DNA from: Octopus vulgaris | Lineage: Eukaryota | NCBI GenBank assembly: GCA_951406725.2 | Contig: OX597827.1 | Span: forward strand, 38,626,001 to 38,690,000 | Length of the DNA stretch: 64,000 bases | Reading direction: 5' to 3' | Shown here: piece by piece, positions 17,541 to 28,962 of the stretch | Layout: every line of letters begins with the position of its first letter | How positions within the stretch are numbered: position 1 is the first letter of the stretch | Notes under the pieces: model-generated | Database searches by the model: none | Seen by the model: the letters and a program-made list of their open reading frames with translations, nothing else | Told to the model about the DNA's origin: nothing | Made by a program: the position numbers and the translations under genes

Positions 17541-20249
17541 TATATAATTTGTGTGTATGCATTTATGCTTATATATACATAGTATTTATGATTAAGACAG
17601 CAAACAGGGAAACATTAATGTATTGCAACAAGGATGAAACAAAGCAGCATGGGGCAAATTTTACATTAAGACAATGCTGAAGGCTAAGAAAGAAACTGCA
17701 AAATTAGTTGTTTAAAAAATAGTCTTTGGGAGAAATACAAAAAAATGTGTTCTGGAAGACTGGCTACTGAAAACAGGGAGGAGAAATGTATACTAAGAAA
17801 GAAAGGGGATGGAGTTGAGAGAAAGAGGAAGGAGTGAGAAAAGAGGAAAGGAAAACACTTTAGGGTGAGAGAGAAAAAAGGCATGGTAGAGTATATGAGA
17901 AAGAAAGAGTATTTGAGATGGGGAGGTGACTTTATGCCAGGTTTTGAGAGGTAAAAGTATAACATAGGCTAAAGTATTATTAGAAAAGAAGGCCTGAAGC
18001 AGAATCTCTGAATGCTTGTGTGTATGTATACATTTATAATATATATATATAAAGACAGGGTTGTGAAGTTCACTCCTTAACCAAAAGTGTAGCAATGACC
18101 ATGTGGTGAAGTTTGCTTCCCAACTACATGGTTTCAAGTTCAATCCTATTGCATGGTACCTTGGATAAGTCTCTTGTATTTTAACCTGGGGCCAACCACA
18201 GCTTTGTGAGTGGATTTGATTGACAGAAACTGAAAGATGTTTATCGTTTGTGAGTGTTTGTGTGTATTTGTATATATTTAGCCAACTTCCTCTTTTCTAA
18301 CAGTCCCAACCAGGCCCTAGAAAAAGCCATGGTCACTGCCCTTCCTCTGTTGTTTAAGTTGTGTGAAATAAATACAATGACTTGGAGATTAAAATTCTGA
18401 TTTCAGTGTCATGAGTTCAGATGTTACTGTAATCATTATAGTCAGTGTTGCATCTCACACAAAGCTCTGTCGTTTTACCTGACTGAACAAGAAACAAGCC
18501 CTATAGTCAGTGTCTTAGTTACTTTTGTGTCACAACAGTTCAGGCTGATAAAGCAGACCTGTATGTTTGTCCATCAGAGCAATGAGAACTATCTAGTCAT
18601 CCTCAGTGAAGGATGACTGATGACTTGCACAGTGACCTTGTTTAAAGCGAAGAGTTAGACACCATCAACCTCACTCTCTTGTCCATGACCATCTCCATTC
18701 TGGTGGCAAGACCAGGTCAAGATGACTGGAGATAGACAGACACAGTGGTTGACCAAAATGTCTTGCTTGCCTCCGCTTGCTCTCTGCTCTTAGCAATGCA
18801 TTCCTGCATTCACCTTTCTCTCCATTGAATCATTGAAGTTTCTTCTGCAGAGTCTACCTGTTCCAGTCTTCCTAAGCATAGGTAGGCAAACCCTAGCACA
18901 CCAGGAGTTACATACCTGTTGGCTACCCTAGCCTGGTTTAGACCACCATTCAAAGCAGTTTATCAGAGTGTGACTGCAAACAACTACTTGGTCGCCACCT
19001 GGCACCCAACTCTTACCTGTGGCTCCAAAACAGACAGACCACCCCTAAAAGTGCGTTGTGTTCCCCCATCAAAGGTGCTAACCCTCCCTCACCTCTCAGA
19101 GCAGACCTATAGTAATGTTAAACAATTGAAAAAAAAAATGTGCAATCCAAGTAGTTATTGATTTTTCAAATATATTCTGACACTATTTAACTGGAGACCT
19201 CCCTGCATATTTTAAAATCTAGTGGTTACTCATATCAGGTGCACTGTAGCAGTCTGGACATTTTGTAGCCTCTCTATTGCCCAGTTGCCTTCTGTACACA
19301 TGTAGACACATGTCGTAATTAGGACCAGTGGCAAGCAAAGTGAACCTAATCTGAGCCCAACAATCTCGGTACAATATTTAAAAGTTCCTACTTCAGTGTT
19401 AAGTGGTTAGCTGTAGAAAGGATCATAAAGTTGTAAAATTGTTCCATAGGTAGTAGGAGCACTCCGTCGGTTATGACAATGACTTTCCAGCTGATACGAT
19501 CAATGGAACAGCTTGCTCGTGAAGTTAATGTGCAAGTGGCTGAGCACTCCACAGACGTGTATACCCTTAATGTAGTTCTCAGGGAGAGTCAACGTGACAT
19601 AGAGGCTGGCCCTTTGAAATACAGGTACTACTCATTTTTGCCAGCTGAGTGGGCTGGAGCAACATGAAATAAAGTGTCTTGCTCAAGGACACGGTGTGCC
19701 GCTGGGAATTGAACTTATGATCATGAGCCACATACCCTAACCATAGGTAAGTAAGGAGCCACAAACAGCCACTATATGGTTGCTTGACCTGCAAGAAATA
19801 GCAGCTAAATCTCCTAAGTCATACCTTAATGCCTTAAAATAACTCACATTGAACAGTGGAGTCCTAAATATGCAAAATACTGAAAGGTCACACTAAAGTG
19901 AACGTTTTTGAACCAAGGTCTACTTGGTCGAAGCAAACATTATGCTAGATAGCAGCAGAAACAGTTTTTTATCATCATTTAACATCTGTTTTCCATGCTG
20001 ACATAGGTTGGACTATCTACACACAAAATAAATCATCCAATGCATACTGGTATGGAAAAATAGTTGTAAAGAATGAAAAATAAATGGAAATGGATAAAAA
20101 AAATTTTAGTTAATAAAAAAACTTTTGGTTAATCAATTTGTAATTTCAAATTGCTAAAGGAAGTGGGAGGGGGGGGAATAAAATTTGCCTAGAAATAAAA
20201 AAAATGGAAAATTTGAATTGAAATGAATCAATCAAAATAAAAATCAAAT

Positions 20250-20798
20250 TCGATGACTGGCGCCCATGCTGGCAGGGTGCAAAGAGCACCATACGAGCGT
20301 GATCATTGACAGAGCAGCTAACTGGCTTCCATGCCAGTGGCATTTAAAAGGCACCATTCGAGCGTGATCGTTACCAGCATCACCTTACTGGCACTTGTGC
20401 CCATGCTAGTAGGGTGCCAAGAGCACCATCCGAGTGTGATCGTTGCCAGAGCAGCCAACTGGCTTCCATGCCAGTGGCACGTAAAAGAGCACCATTCAAG
20501 CGTGATCGTTACCAACATCGCCTTACTGGCACCTGTGCTGGTGGCATGTGTAAAAGGATTCGAGCGAGGTCGTTGCCAGTACCGCCTGACTGGCCCCCGT
20601 GCCGGTGGCATGTAAAAAGCACCCACTACACTCTCGGAGTGGTTGACATTAGGAAGGGCATCCAGCTGTAGAAACTCTGCCAAATCAAGATTGGAGACTG
20701 GTGCATCTATCTGGTTCGCCAGCCCTCAGTCAAAATCGTCCAACCCATGCTAGCATGGGAAGCAGACGTTAAACGATGATGATGATGATGATGATGAT
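20250..20798 (+). mobile_element. 3' end fragment of RTE-type LINE with ~122-bp internal tandem repeats
   Basis: Terminal part resembles reverse complement of 58061-58250 (aggaagggcatccagc...caacccatgctagcatgg...cgttaaacgatgatgat); repeated gcaccattcgagcgtgatcgttacca units. Confidence 0.8.
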
Positions 20799-20959
20799 CT
20801 TATGTTTCAGTTAAAACCTGACTTGGTTTTTAAAGATTTTAAAAACTTGTTTTAACAACTTTTAAAAATTGGTGTAGGAAAACTTTAGAAATCAATTTTT
20901 AAAATCTTCAAAAACTAAATTTTTTTTAAAAATCACTAAAAATTAGCATAAAATATTTA

Positions 20960-21221
20960 CTGTTCAATATTTAAGAGATGAGGAATTATGTACATTATTT
21001 ACATTCAATGGATATTTGTCCTCATCTTGTTTGTCGTTAACACAATGTTTTGGCTGATATACCCTCCAGCCTTCATCAGGTATCTTGGGGAAATTTGGAA
21101 CCTGGGTTCTCATTCGAAATTTCCCCAAGACACCTGAAGAAGGCTGGAGGGTATATCAGCTGAAACGTTGTGTTAACAACAAACAAGATGAGGACAAATA
21201 TCCATCGAATGTAAATAATGT
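20960..21221. mobile_element. Inverted (foldback) Penelope-like terminal repeat insertion with TSD
   Basis: Arms 20991-21100 / 21113-21222; 12-bp direct repeat ataaaatattta at 20948-20959 and 21222-21233; ~30-nt unpaired extension; each arm has a hammerhead motif. Confidence 0.75.
21129..21174 (+). ncRNA. Minimal type I hammerhead ribozyme motif (extra A after A9)
   Basis: gacac-CUGAAGA-A-ggcug-gaggguauau-cagcu-GAAA-cg-UU-guguu; stem I GACAC/GUGUU; mutated mirror copy on minus strand at 21039-21084. Confidence 0.7.
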
Positions 21222-22254
21222 ATAAAATATTTAATTTTGTAATGGAAAATATGTTTGCTCTTCCCTATTTTGTATAAATTATCATTCACTACTATTCACA
21301 GGCCAAATCTTAAATGGTATTAAATAAACTTGCTGGTTTAGTATTACTTTCCAAGTATAATGGGTTCAAACTCAGGTCAGAAACAGTACACTACTTCAAT
21401 GTGCCTCTCTCACACAACAGCTCAATGTAACTTTTGCACAAACAGCTTTTTCCTTCCTTCCTTGCTTTCTTTCTTCCATCCTAATGGTTCCCTAGATCAT
21501 TGTAGTGGCATAGAATATTCACTAGGCACAGATATTACTTGTATTTTCCTCTGTAGAGGAAGCTAAAAGCCAACTTGAGTGAATGGATTTATGTTGGTAG
21601 AAGTTATCACAGGGCTTTCTCACTTCACAGATCTTCTGTTCAACTCTAAAGTAGTTCCATTTGGAACCAAAAAATACAATTGGTATTTTCTGCAATTCAC
21701 ATTGCCTCAGTGAACTTGACATAACTCAAGAGAAAATAGTTTCAAATAAGATATTCCTCAACAAAAGATAGATTAGTAAATAAAACTGTTTCCCACTGAT
21801 AAGGGTATTGGAATTTTGAGTTATTCTACTCTTGCTTCAATTTACCTAACTTGGGTGAGTAAGGCTAAAGTAAACAGTCTAAAATGTACTGATGTCCTAT
21901 CTAGGGGAAATTTTAATTTCATCTCATCTGCTTAATGTTATGGATCTTGAACTAATCAAAAGTTCTGATGAGCTCCTTGGTGTTCAGGATACATTTAATC
22001 TGTTTTATTTACTATTGTCAAAGAAGCTAGGTGGTTATGTGGTGATCTTTCAGTCGAGGAGCTGCCTTGAGAAACCGAGTTACAAGTTCAAATTTTGTTC
22101 GAACCATAATGTCACATGATTCGTTAAAAGGTAGTAAAAGGGACCCTCTGTTTTAGGGAGAAAAACTATGAAGTTCATGCTCCTCCTCTTCCTTTTTTCT
22201 TTTTATTAAAAGAAATATATATATATTAGCAACAGAGACAGTATTAATACAGAG

Positions 22255-22503
22255 AGGTAATATTTACCCCCACTTATAACAAACTATACTGCAGCAGATA
22301 CCATGAGAGAAACTCTCATATTGGTTTTTGGTGCAAAATTCACTCTTGTTTACATCACTGGTGGAGATATAAATCCCTGCTGCCTCCAACATTGAGATAA
22401 ACAAGAGTGCATTTTTACACCAAAAGCCAATATGAGAGTTTCTCTCATGGTATCTACCACAGTATAGTTTGTTCCACATTTCAATGGGGATAAATATTAC
22501 CTG
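22255..22503. repeat. Long inverted repeat (~110-bp arms), MITE-like foldback
   Basis: aggtaatatttacccc...cactcttgtttacatca is the imperfect reverse complement of tgagataaacaagagtg...ggggataaatattacct. Confidence 0.85.
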
Positions 22504-24906
22504 TCTCTTGTCTCCCATCCCTTTGAAGATTATTCGTATAAGAGAATTGAAGTGGCTTCAACCAGTTTTGAAATTACATTCTGGTTTTTGGCTTGTTCTC
22601 ATAAGATTCCCTCTTGCTCAGCAGTGCTCATCGGGTGTTGTGATTGTGTATCCCTAATTCAGCATTGATCAACTAGTCCTATGGCAATCAGGTCGTCAAT
22701 CAACAACAAGGAAATCATCCACCACAGAGCTGCTGGTGGTGTTAATGTGTAACCTTTAGTCAACTCTGATCAAGATTTACAACTAAATAGCTGTTGTAAA
22801 GCGGTCTTTTATCACTTCTGTATCTATCTTTTGATGACAGTTGTTTCTCTGACAGATATTGTTATATTCTGAAGTCCTCAACAAGATGGTTCTTTCAGGC
22901 ACTGTACAACCCCACCACCACCATCATACAGAGTTATTATCCTCAAAAGGTTGGATTGTTATAACATCCACTCAGTATCACAGTATGATTGACTATATCA
23001 GCACAGACACGACTATCAACACAGTCTACGCGTACTCTTGACCTTCTTCTGTCGACCAGCTACTGGTCTATTTATTATGGCTGGATACTACCATTTTTAC
23101 CAGGAGTGTACAGTTTCACTATACAACAGTAGCATCAAGAATCCTTTGTTCCAGAAATACCAGAGTGTAAATTCCATCATGCAGTAGGCATACCACACTC
23201 CCTCCACTTTCCAATTTATTTTTGTACACCTGTTGTTGTTGTTGTTGTTTAACCCCAAATAGTGAAGATGCTTGGTGCAGTGGTTAGAGCACCAGGTTTA
23301 CAATTATGAGGTTGTGGGTTCAATTCCTGGTTCAAGTTGTATGTTGTATTCTTGAGGAAAATACTTTCATGTTGCTCCAGTTCACTCAGCTGTAGAAATG
23401 AGTTGCAACATCACTGGGGCCAATTTGTACCGGCCTTTGCCTTTCCCTTGGATAACATCAGTGGTGTGGAGAGGGAATGCTGGAATATATGGGCAACTGC
23501 TGGTCTTCCATAAATGACTTTGCCCAGACTTGAGCCTCAGAGGGGAACTTTCTGTGTGCAATCCCATGGTCATTCTGAGTGAAAGGGGTCTTTATCCTGA
23601 CCTGTTTTTTATATCAAGGACTGAATTATCCAATGCTCCCCCACCTTTTTCTAAATAAAGAAATTCAGTAGGGTGATGTTTGAAGAAAATTTTGCTATTT
23701 TTAGCAGGCTGGTTGACCATATAAAGGCTCCATAGCAATGGCCACAGTGGAAGTGAAAAAAATACACAGAGTATGACACTTGTTGCTCCTCTACATTATT
23801 CATGGTCTGCATCCCAGCACACTGTTTTAAACTGATTGTGTGTGTGTGTGTGAGAGGGAGAGAGAGAGGGGAGAGAGACATGTTCATTTGGACTGTTTGA
23901 GTTGGTGGTTTATTGAGATAGCATTTTAGGTTGCTATTACAGAACTGTTCTGAGGGTGATGAACTCTCTTGCATTCAAATTATTCTGTCAAATGTAATGC
24001 TTATTTATTCACATTGATTTGAATTAGTCATGCATTACTTTGTAGCTTAGATGTGATTATTTCTACAATAATTTTATAGGGTAAGTATGCGAGTTCAGAT
24101 CTGACCAGTTTGAACATAAAGCAGGTAGAATATTTTGGCCAGATGTGGTCAGTTTAAATACTAAGGGTTAAACCTGCTGTGGCAAGGACTGTAAAGGTTA
24201 GAAATTGCTGTGGTAACAAATTGTGTGAATTTTGTATGTCCAAAATAATCTTTCCCAGTCTGTTTGAGTGTTGGCTGTTGAGTACAATGATAGGTTGTAT
24301 TTGATGATGTTTGGTAGGTGCTAATTTAAATCGCTTTATGTTTTGGATGTGGTGGGCAGAGAGATACCCAAGTTTCTAAATGAACGATGGCAGTGTAATT
24401 ACACTTGTGCAGCTACATCTCAAACGTTTGGTTGAAGTAACTATGATAGCAGGTCTATATGAGGCCATTTGTTTTCTCAGGTATGGGAGGGCAAAAAGGG
24501 AGGTTCATGTAGTGATAAGTTAAATTGACTGACATTCTATCTATTACTTTTTCGATTTTTTTTTATGCCAACTGACCAATAGGCATCGTGTAGTTATTTA
24601 ATTTAGGGTGAGGGAAGAAGCAAGTTAGCTGTGAGAAATTTCTAAGTTGAGTTGCAGTTAATAAAATTATAATTTTTCCATACTATTTTTATATACACAC
24701 TAAATACTTTAAAAATAAGGTTTACAAAATTAACTCTATAATATTAACCCCTTCTTTCCTTGATAATCTTCTATTTTATTTTATATCCATTCAGGATATT
24801 TCTTAGCTCTTATTTAACAGCTAGGTGCCTTTTGTAGCTAACAATTCAACCATATGTTAGGGATTGGAATTCTTTTTTTTTCTTTTTTTTTTTTATATTT
24901 GTCAAG

Positions 24907-24924
24907 GAAACTGAAGGAAGCAAG
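24907..24924 (+). CDS. Candidate 18-nt microexon (ETEGSK) of SPPL2-like gene
   Basis: Long U tract, gtcaag|GAAACTGAAGGAAGCAAG|gtaatg; phase 0-0, in frame between the PAL exon and the last exon. Confidence 0.55.
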
Positions 24925-25157
24925 GTAATGCTATACTGTAACACAGCTTTCTAAACCCACATACAAAAAAGAATCCAGCTACTGACACACTAACACAAAA
25001 CCCTCAGGTTGTTAATACTCTGTAACACAAGACGTCTACCAGCTGCTACATTGTAACACGAAATTTCCACTCACTGATACATTGTAACACAAATATTTAG
25101 CCACTGCTGCTGCTTGTATTTTGTGATTTAATTTTTTTTTTCATTTCTCTCTTACAG

Positions 25158-25295
25158 AATTTTCTAAAAGCCTCACCTCCAGTTGAAGATAGATCTCTCT
25201 CCCAGGAGACCCTCCCAGATGATGTTGAAACACCACCCATTTCTACAAAGCCTGACCAGTCTAAAAGAAATGAGAACGACCACTTACTAAATTAG
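25158..25295 (+). CDS. SPPL2: SPPL2-like terminal coding exon (cytosolic tail)
   Basis: Strong acceptor ttctctcttacag|NFLKASPPVEDRSLSQETLPDDVETPPISTKPDQSKRNENDHLLN*; phase 0 fits; low-conservation tail, so homology support is weak. Confidence 0.7.
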   Translation, partial: NFLKASPPVEDRSLSQETLPDDVETPPISTKPDQSKRNENDHLLN

Positions 25296-25495
25296 TTGCC
25301 TAATGAATATTGGGATGCAAGAAAATCACTGACTTTTACACCATCTTTCTGGCATTACATCATGCCAAGCCTTTTGGTTTGTGAATATCCGTGTTTCTCC
25401 CTGTGTGTGAGTGTGTGTGTATGTACACAGATGTGTGTGTGTGTTTAGTGTGTACACTCAATTTGAAATAAGAGTAAATGTATAATGCATAAATT

Positions 25496-25541
<46 letters not shown>

Positions 25542-26479
25542 CAGGAATTGTAACAAATGTTCCATTCCATCTTAGCAAAGTGTGACTGCCAAAACAAAAG
25601 ATAAACCAACTGAGGAGTAGGCTGAGAATGGCAGAGTTGATATCAATTTAGGCTACAGAATCTCAGGTATTAAGTTATCCTTTTTACTAAATATTTTAGG
25701 CAGGAGGCCCTTTATTCTGCCTTGTTTGAGTTCTGTTGCTTCTTGAAGGAAGGGGTACCAGAATCACAAGAATGTCACCTTTATTATAAACTAGCATTCT
25801 ATCCAGGAACAGATTTAGCTCTCATTTCCTTAGTGCCATGAAACTAAAGCTGAGCACTGGCTAAACCTGCGAGATCCTTACATGTTCTACTGGTATCCAT
25901 AGCTCATTGCATTGTCTCTTGACATATTAGCTTCACATATCCCACTCCTCTCTCCATGACATCCCTTATGATAATAAAATCCAAGTTAAGCTTTTAGGTG
26001 GTCATTAAGTGTAGCTACTGTGAGGAAAATATCTGAGTGTGTCTGAGGAGCTCAGTACAAGAGAGAGCTTTCTATGTCTCATGACAACTAAATTTATTAC
26101 CATCTACAAACTCTCTTTAGATTCTTTTACTAGTGTTGTCAGTGCGGTCATTTGACCATTTTCCTCGGATTCCAGATTTTATCCTTATCTCCATGTTAAA
26201 ATTCTACTAATGAATTATTACTTCCTTTTACTAGCTCAGTGGACACCAGATCATTTGAGACTTGACCAGACACAACACAATGCCTGTTGTGCAGGTTATA
26301 AACCATCAACTGTTCAGATAACAGTTTGACATCATATCAGCTGAAACCAGCAAAATAACTTGCCTGTATTTGGTAAAATTTCTTTGCATTCTCTCTGAAT
26401 CCTGTTTTGGTTAACTTTCCCTTTTCCTCCTCCAAGGGCTGATAAAATAATCATTCATTTCGGACTTCATTAAATATAC

Positions 26480-28245
26480 TATGCCTCTCTTCCCACCGGG
26501 GTTACATTTCCCTTTCATCTTTTGGGGTTGGTAACATAAGTACCAGCTGAGCACTGGGGTCAGTGTAATTGACTAAACCCCACTTCCCGTTAAACATTTT
26601 GGGTCATGTGCCTATCATAGAAGGGATTATTATTAGTACTATTTAAAGCAGCAAGCTGGCAGAATAGTTAGCACACTGGACAAAATGCTTGGCAGCATTT
26701 TGTCCATCTTTACATTCTGAGTTCAAATTCTGCCATGGTCGACTTTGCCTTTTGTCCTTTTGGAAAATAAGTACCAGTTGAATACTGGGGTTGATGTCAT
26801 TGACTAATCCACTCCCTCAAAATTCCAGGCCTTGTGCTTTTCGTAAAAAAGGATTAAGGATTATTATTATTATTATTAAAGTGGTGGACTGGCAGAATCA
26901 TGAAAGCATTAGACAAAATGCCATATCGGTATTTGTTCCAGTTCCTCATGGTCTGAATTCAAATTCTGCTGAGGGAGACTTTGCCTTTCATCGTTTTGGG
27001 GTCACTGGAATAAAATATCAGTCAAATACTGGGATCAATGGCATTGACGTATCCCCTACTCTGAAAAATTGCGTGTAAGTTAGAAACCATTATTATTACG
27101 TCAGAATGGTGATTAGAATTGTTGGTGGTAACAATCCTTTATAATCCAAGTTCAGATCTCACTAAACTCAACTTTGCATTTCATTCTTTGAGGATCTGCG
27201 TAATCAACTACCCCTAACCTCAAAAGTGTTGATCTTCTGCCTAAATTTGAAATTAATAGATATCCTGGGTTGGCAGAATCATTAAAACTTTAGTAAAAAT
27301 GCCTTGCAATATTTCTTTGAGTTTTTATATAAGTACCATTTGGGCATTGGGGGTCAAATATATCAACTAACCCTGCCAAAATTTCAGGCCTTGTACCTAT
27401 AGTAGAAAGACTATTATTGTAACTGAATGAAGTGATAATTTTGCATATAAATCAACTTATGACAAGTGTGCACCAAGCTCGTTGGCACCATTTCCTGTCT
27501 TATATTGGTCCTTATAATATCTTACGTCATTTTAGATTATTAATATTATAGAAGGTGGTGATTGGCAGAATTGGTAGAGCACCGAACAAACTACTTTTCG
27601 GTATTTAAATACGTCCTTTAGCTCAAATCCCACCAGAATCAACCTTGCCTTTCATACTAACAGGTTGGGAGAGGTCAATAAAATGAAGCACCAGTCAAGT
27701 GCGAAAGGGCAATACAGTTGCTGGCCTTGTGTGTATGTTAGAAATTTTAACTATTGTTGTTGTCGTTTTTTGCTGTTGTTTACAAACTGAGTGCCATTTT
27801 GTTTTTGTTTTTTTTAAAGATGGAGGAATCTTTAGAAAACCATTTTACAAGTCAATTCTACCCATTTTTTCTTTTACTTTTTCCCTAATTTAAATTTAAT
27901 CTCAATCCTCTAAAAAATTTAAAATGCTACATTTTACTAAGTCAGGCTTTTATATCTCACCTGAGGATGGGCTATTATTAGTGTGATTATTATTATTATT
28001 ATTGTTATTACTACTTAGGCAGTGAGCTGGCAGAATCGTTAGCACGCCAGGCAAAATGCTTAGTAGTATTTTGTCTGTCTTTACGTTCTGAGTTCAAATT
28101 CTGCTACGGTCAACTTCCTTTCATCCTTTCAGGGTCGATAAAATAAGTACCACTGAACAATGGGGACAATGTAATCGACTAGGCCCCTTCCCCCTAAATT
28201 ACTAGCCTTGTGCCAAAATTTGAAGCGATTATTATTACTACTACT
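26480..28245 (+). mobile_element. Head-to-tail cluster of degenerate SINE family B copies
   Basis: Recurrent ...ggcagaat... heads at ~26650, 26880, 27270, 27555, 28018, most with gagttcaaattc...tttgcctttcat cores and (att)n tails. Confidence 0.7.
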
Positions 28246-28591
28246 ACTGTTACTTTGGCAACAAGAAGAATGGTTTCCATTATAACTCTTGTTTTTTTGG
28301 GTTTTTTTTTTTTTACTTTCATAACCTGGTTTACAATATATCAAAAAGTATTGAAACTTGTTTTACTCCTGCATGTATTTTTAAAATATTTCGTTATCAT
28401 ATAAAAGAAGTTTAACAAACTGTACAAACAGAAAATCCCAATTCGTCTGTATAACAAAGACTTATTAAAAATGTTTAATCAAATTGAAGAAAACAAATTG
28501 TTTATTCTCATTGTTATTGTTATCATCATTGTTTGTTTATTATAGCACATTCTTCTTCATACATGGCCATTTCCCTCACTGATAATTGGAT

Positions 28592-28962
28592 GGATGGAAG
28601 CACTCCGTCAGTTACGACGACGAGGGTTCCGGTTGATCTGAATCAACAGAACAGCCTGCTCGTGAAATTATGTGTAAGTGGCTGAGCACTCCACAGACAC
28701 GTGTACCCTTAACGTAGTTCTCGGGGATATTCAGCGTGACATAGAGAGTGACAAGGCTGGCCCTTTGAAATATAGGTACAACAGAAACAGGAAGTAAGAG
28801 TGAGAGAAAGTTGTGGTGAAAGAGTACAGCAGGGATCACCACCATCCCCTGCCGGAGCCTCGTGGTGCTTTAGGTGTTTTCGCTCAATAAACACTCACAA
28901 CGACCGGTCTGGGAATCAAAACCGCGAGTCCGCTGCCCTAACCACTGGGCCATTGCGCCTCC
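28592..28962 (-). mobile_element. tRNA-derived SINE (family C)
   Basis: Minus-strand head ggaggcgcaatggcccagtggttagggcagcggactcgcg (A-box-like); related copies at ~34870-35100 -, ~38930-39226 -, ~37606-37890 +. Confidence 0.75.

Noticed and set aside
20270-20545. CRISPR-like repeat-spacer pattern
   Set aside because: The whole ~122-bp unit repeats, eukaryotic LINE 3' UTR context, no cas genes
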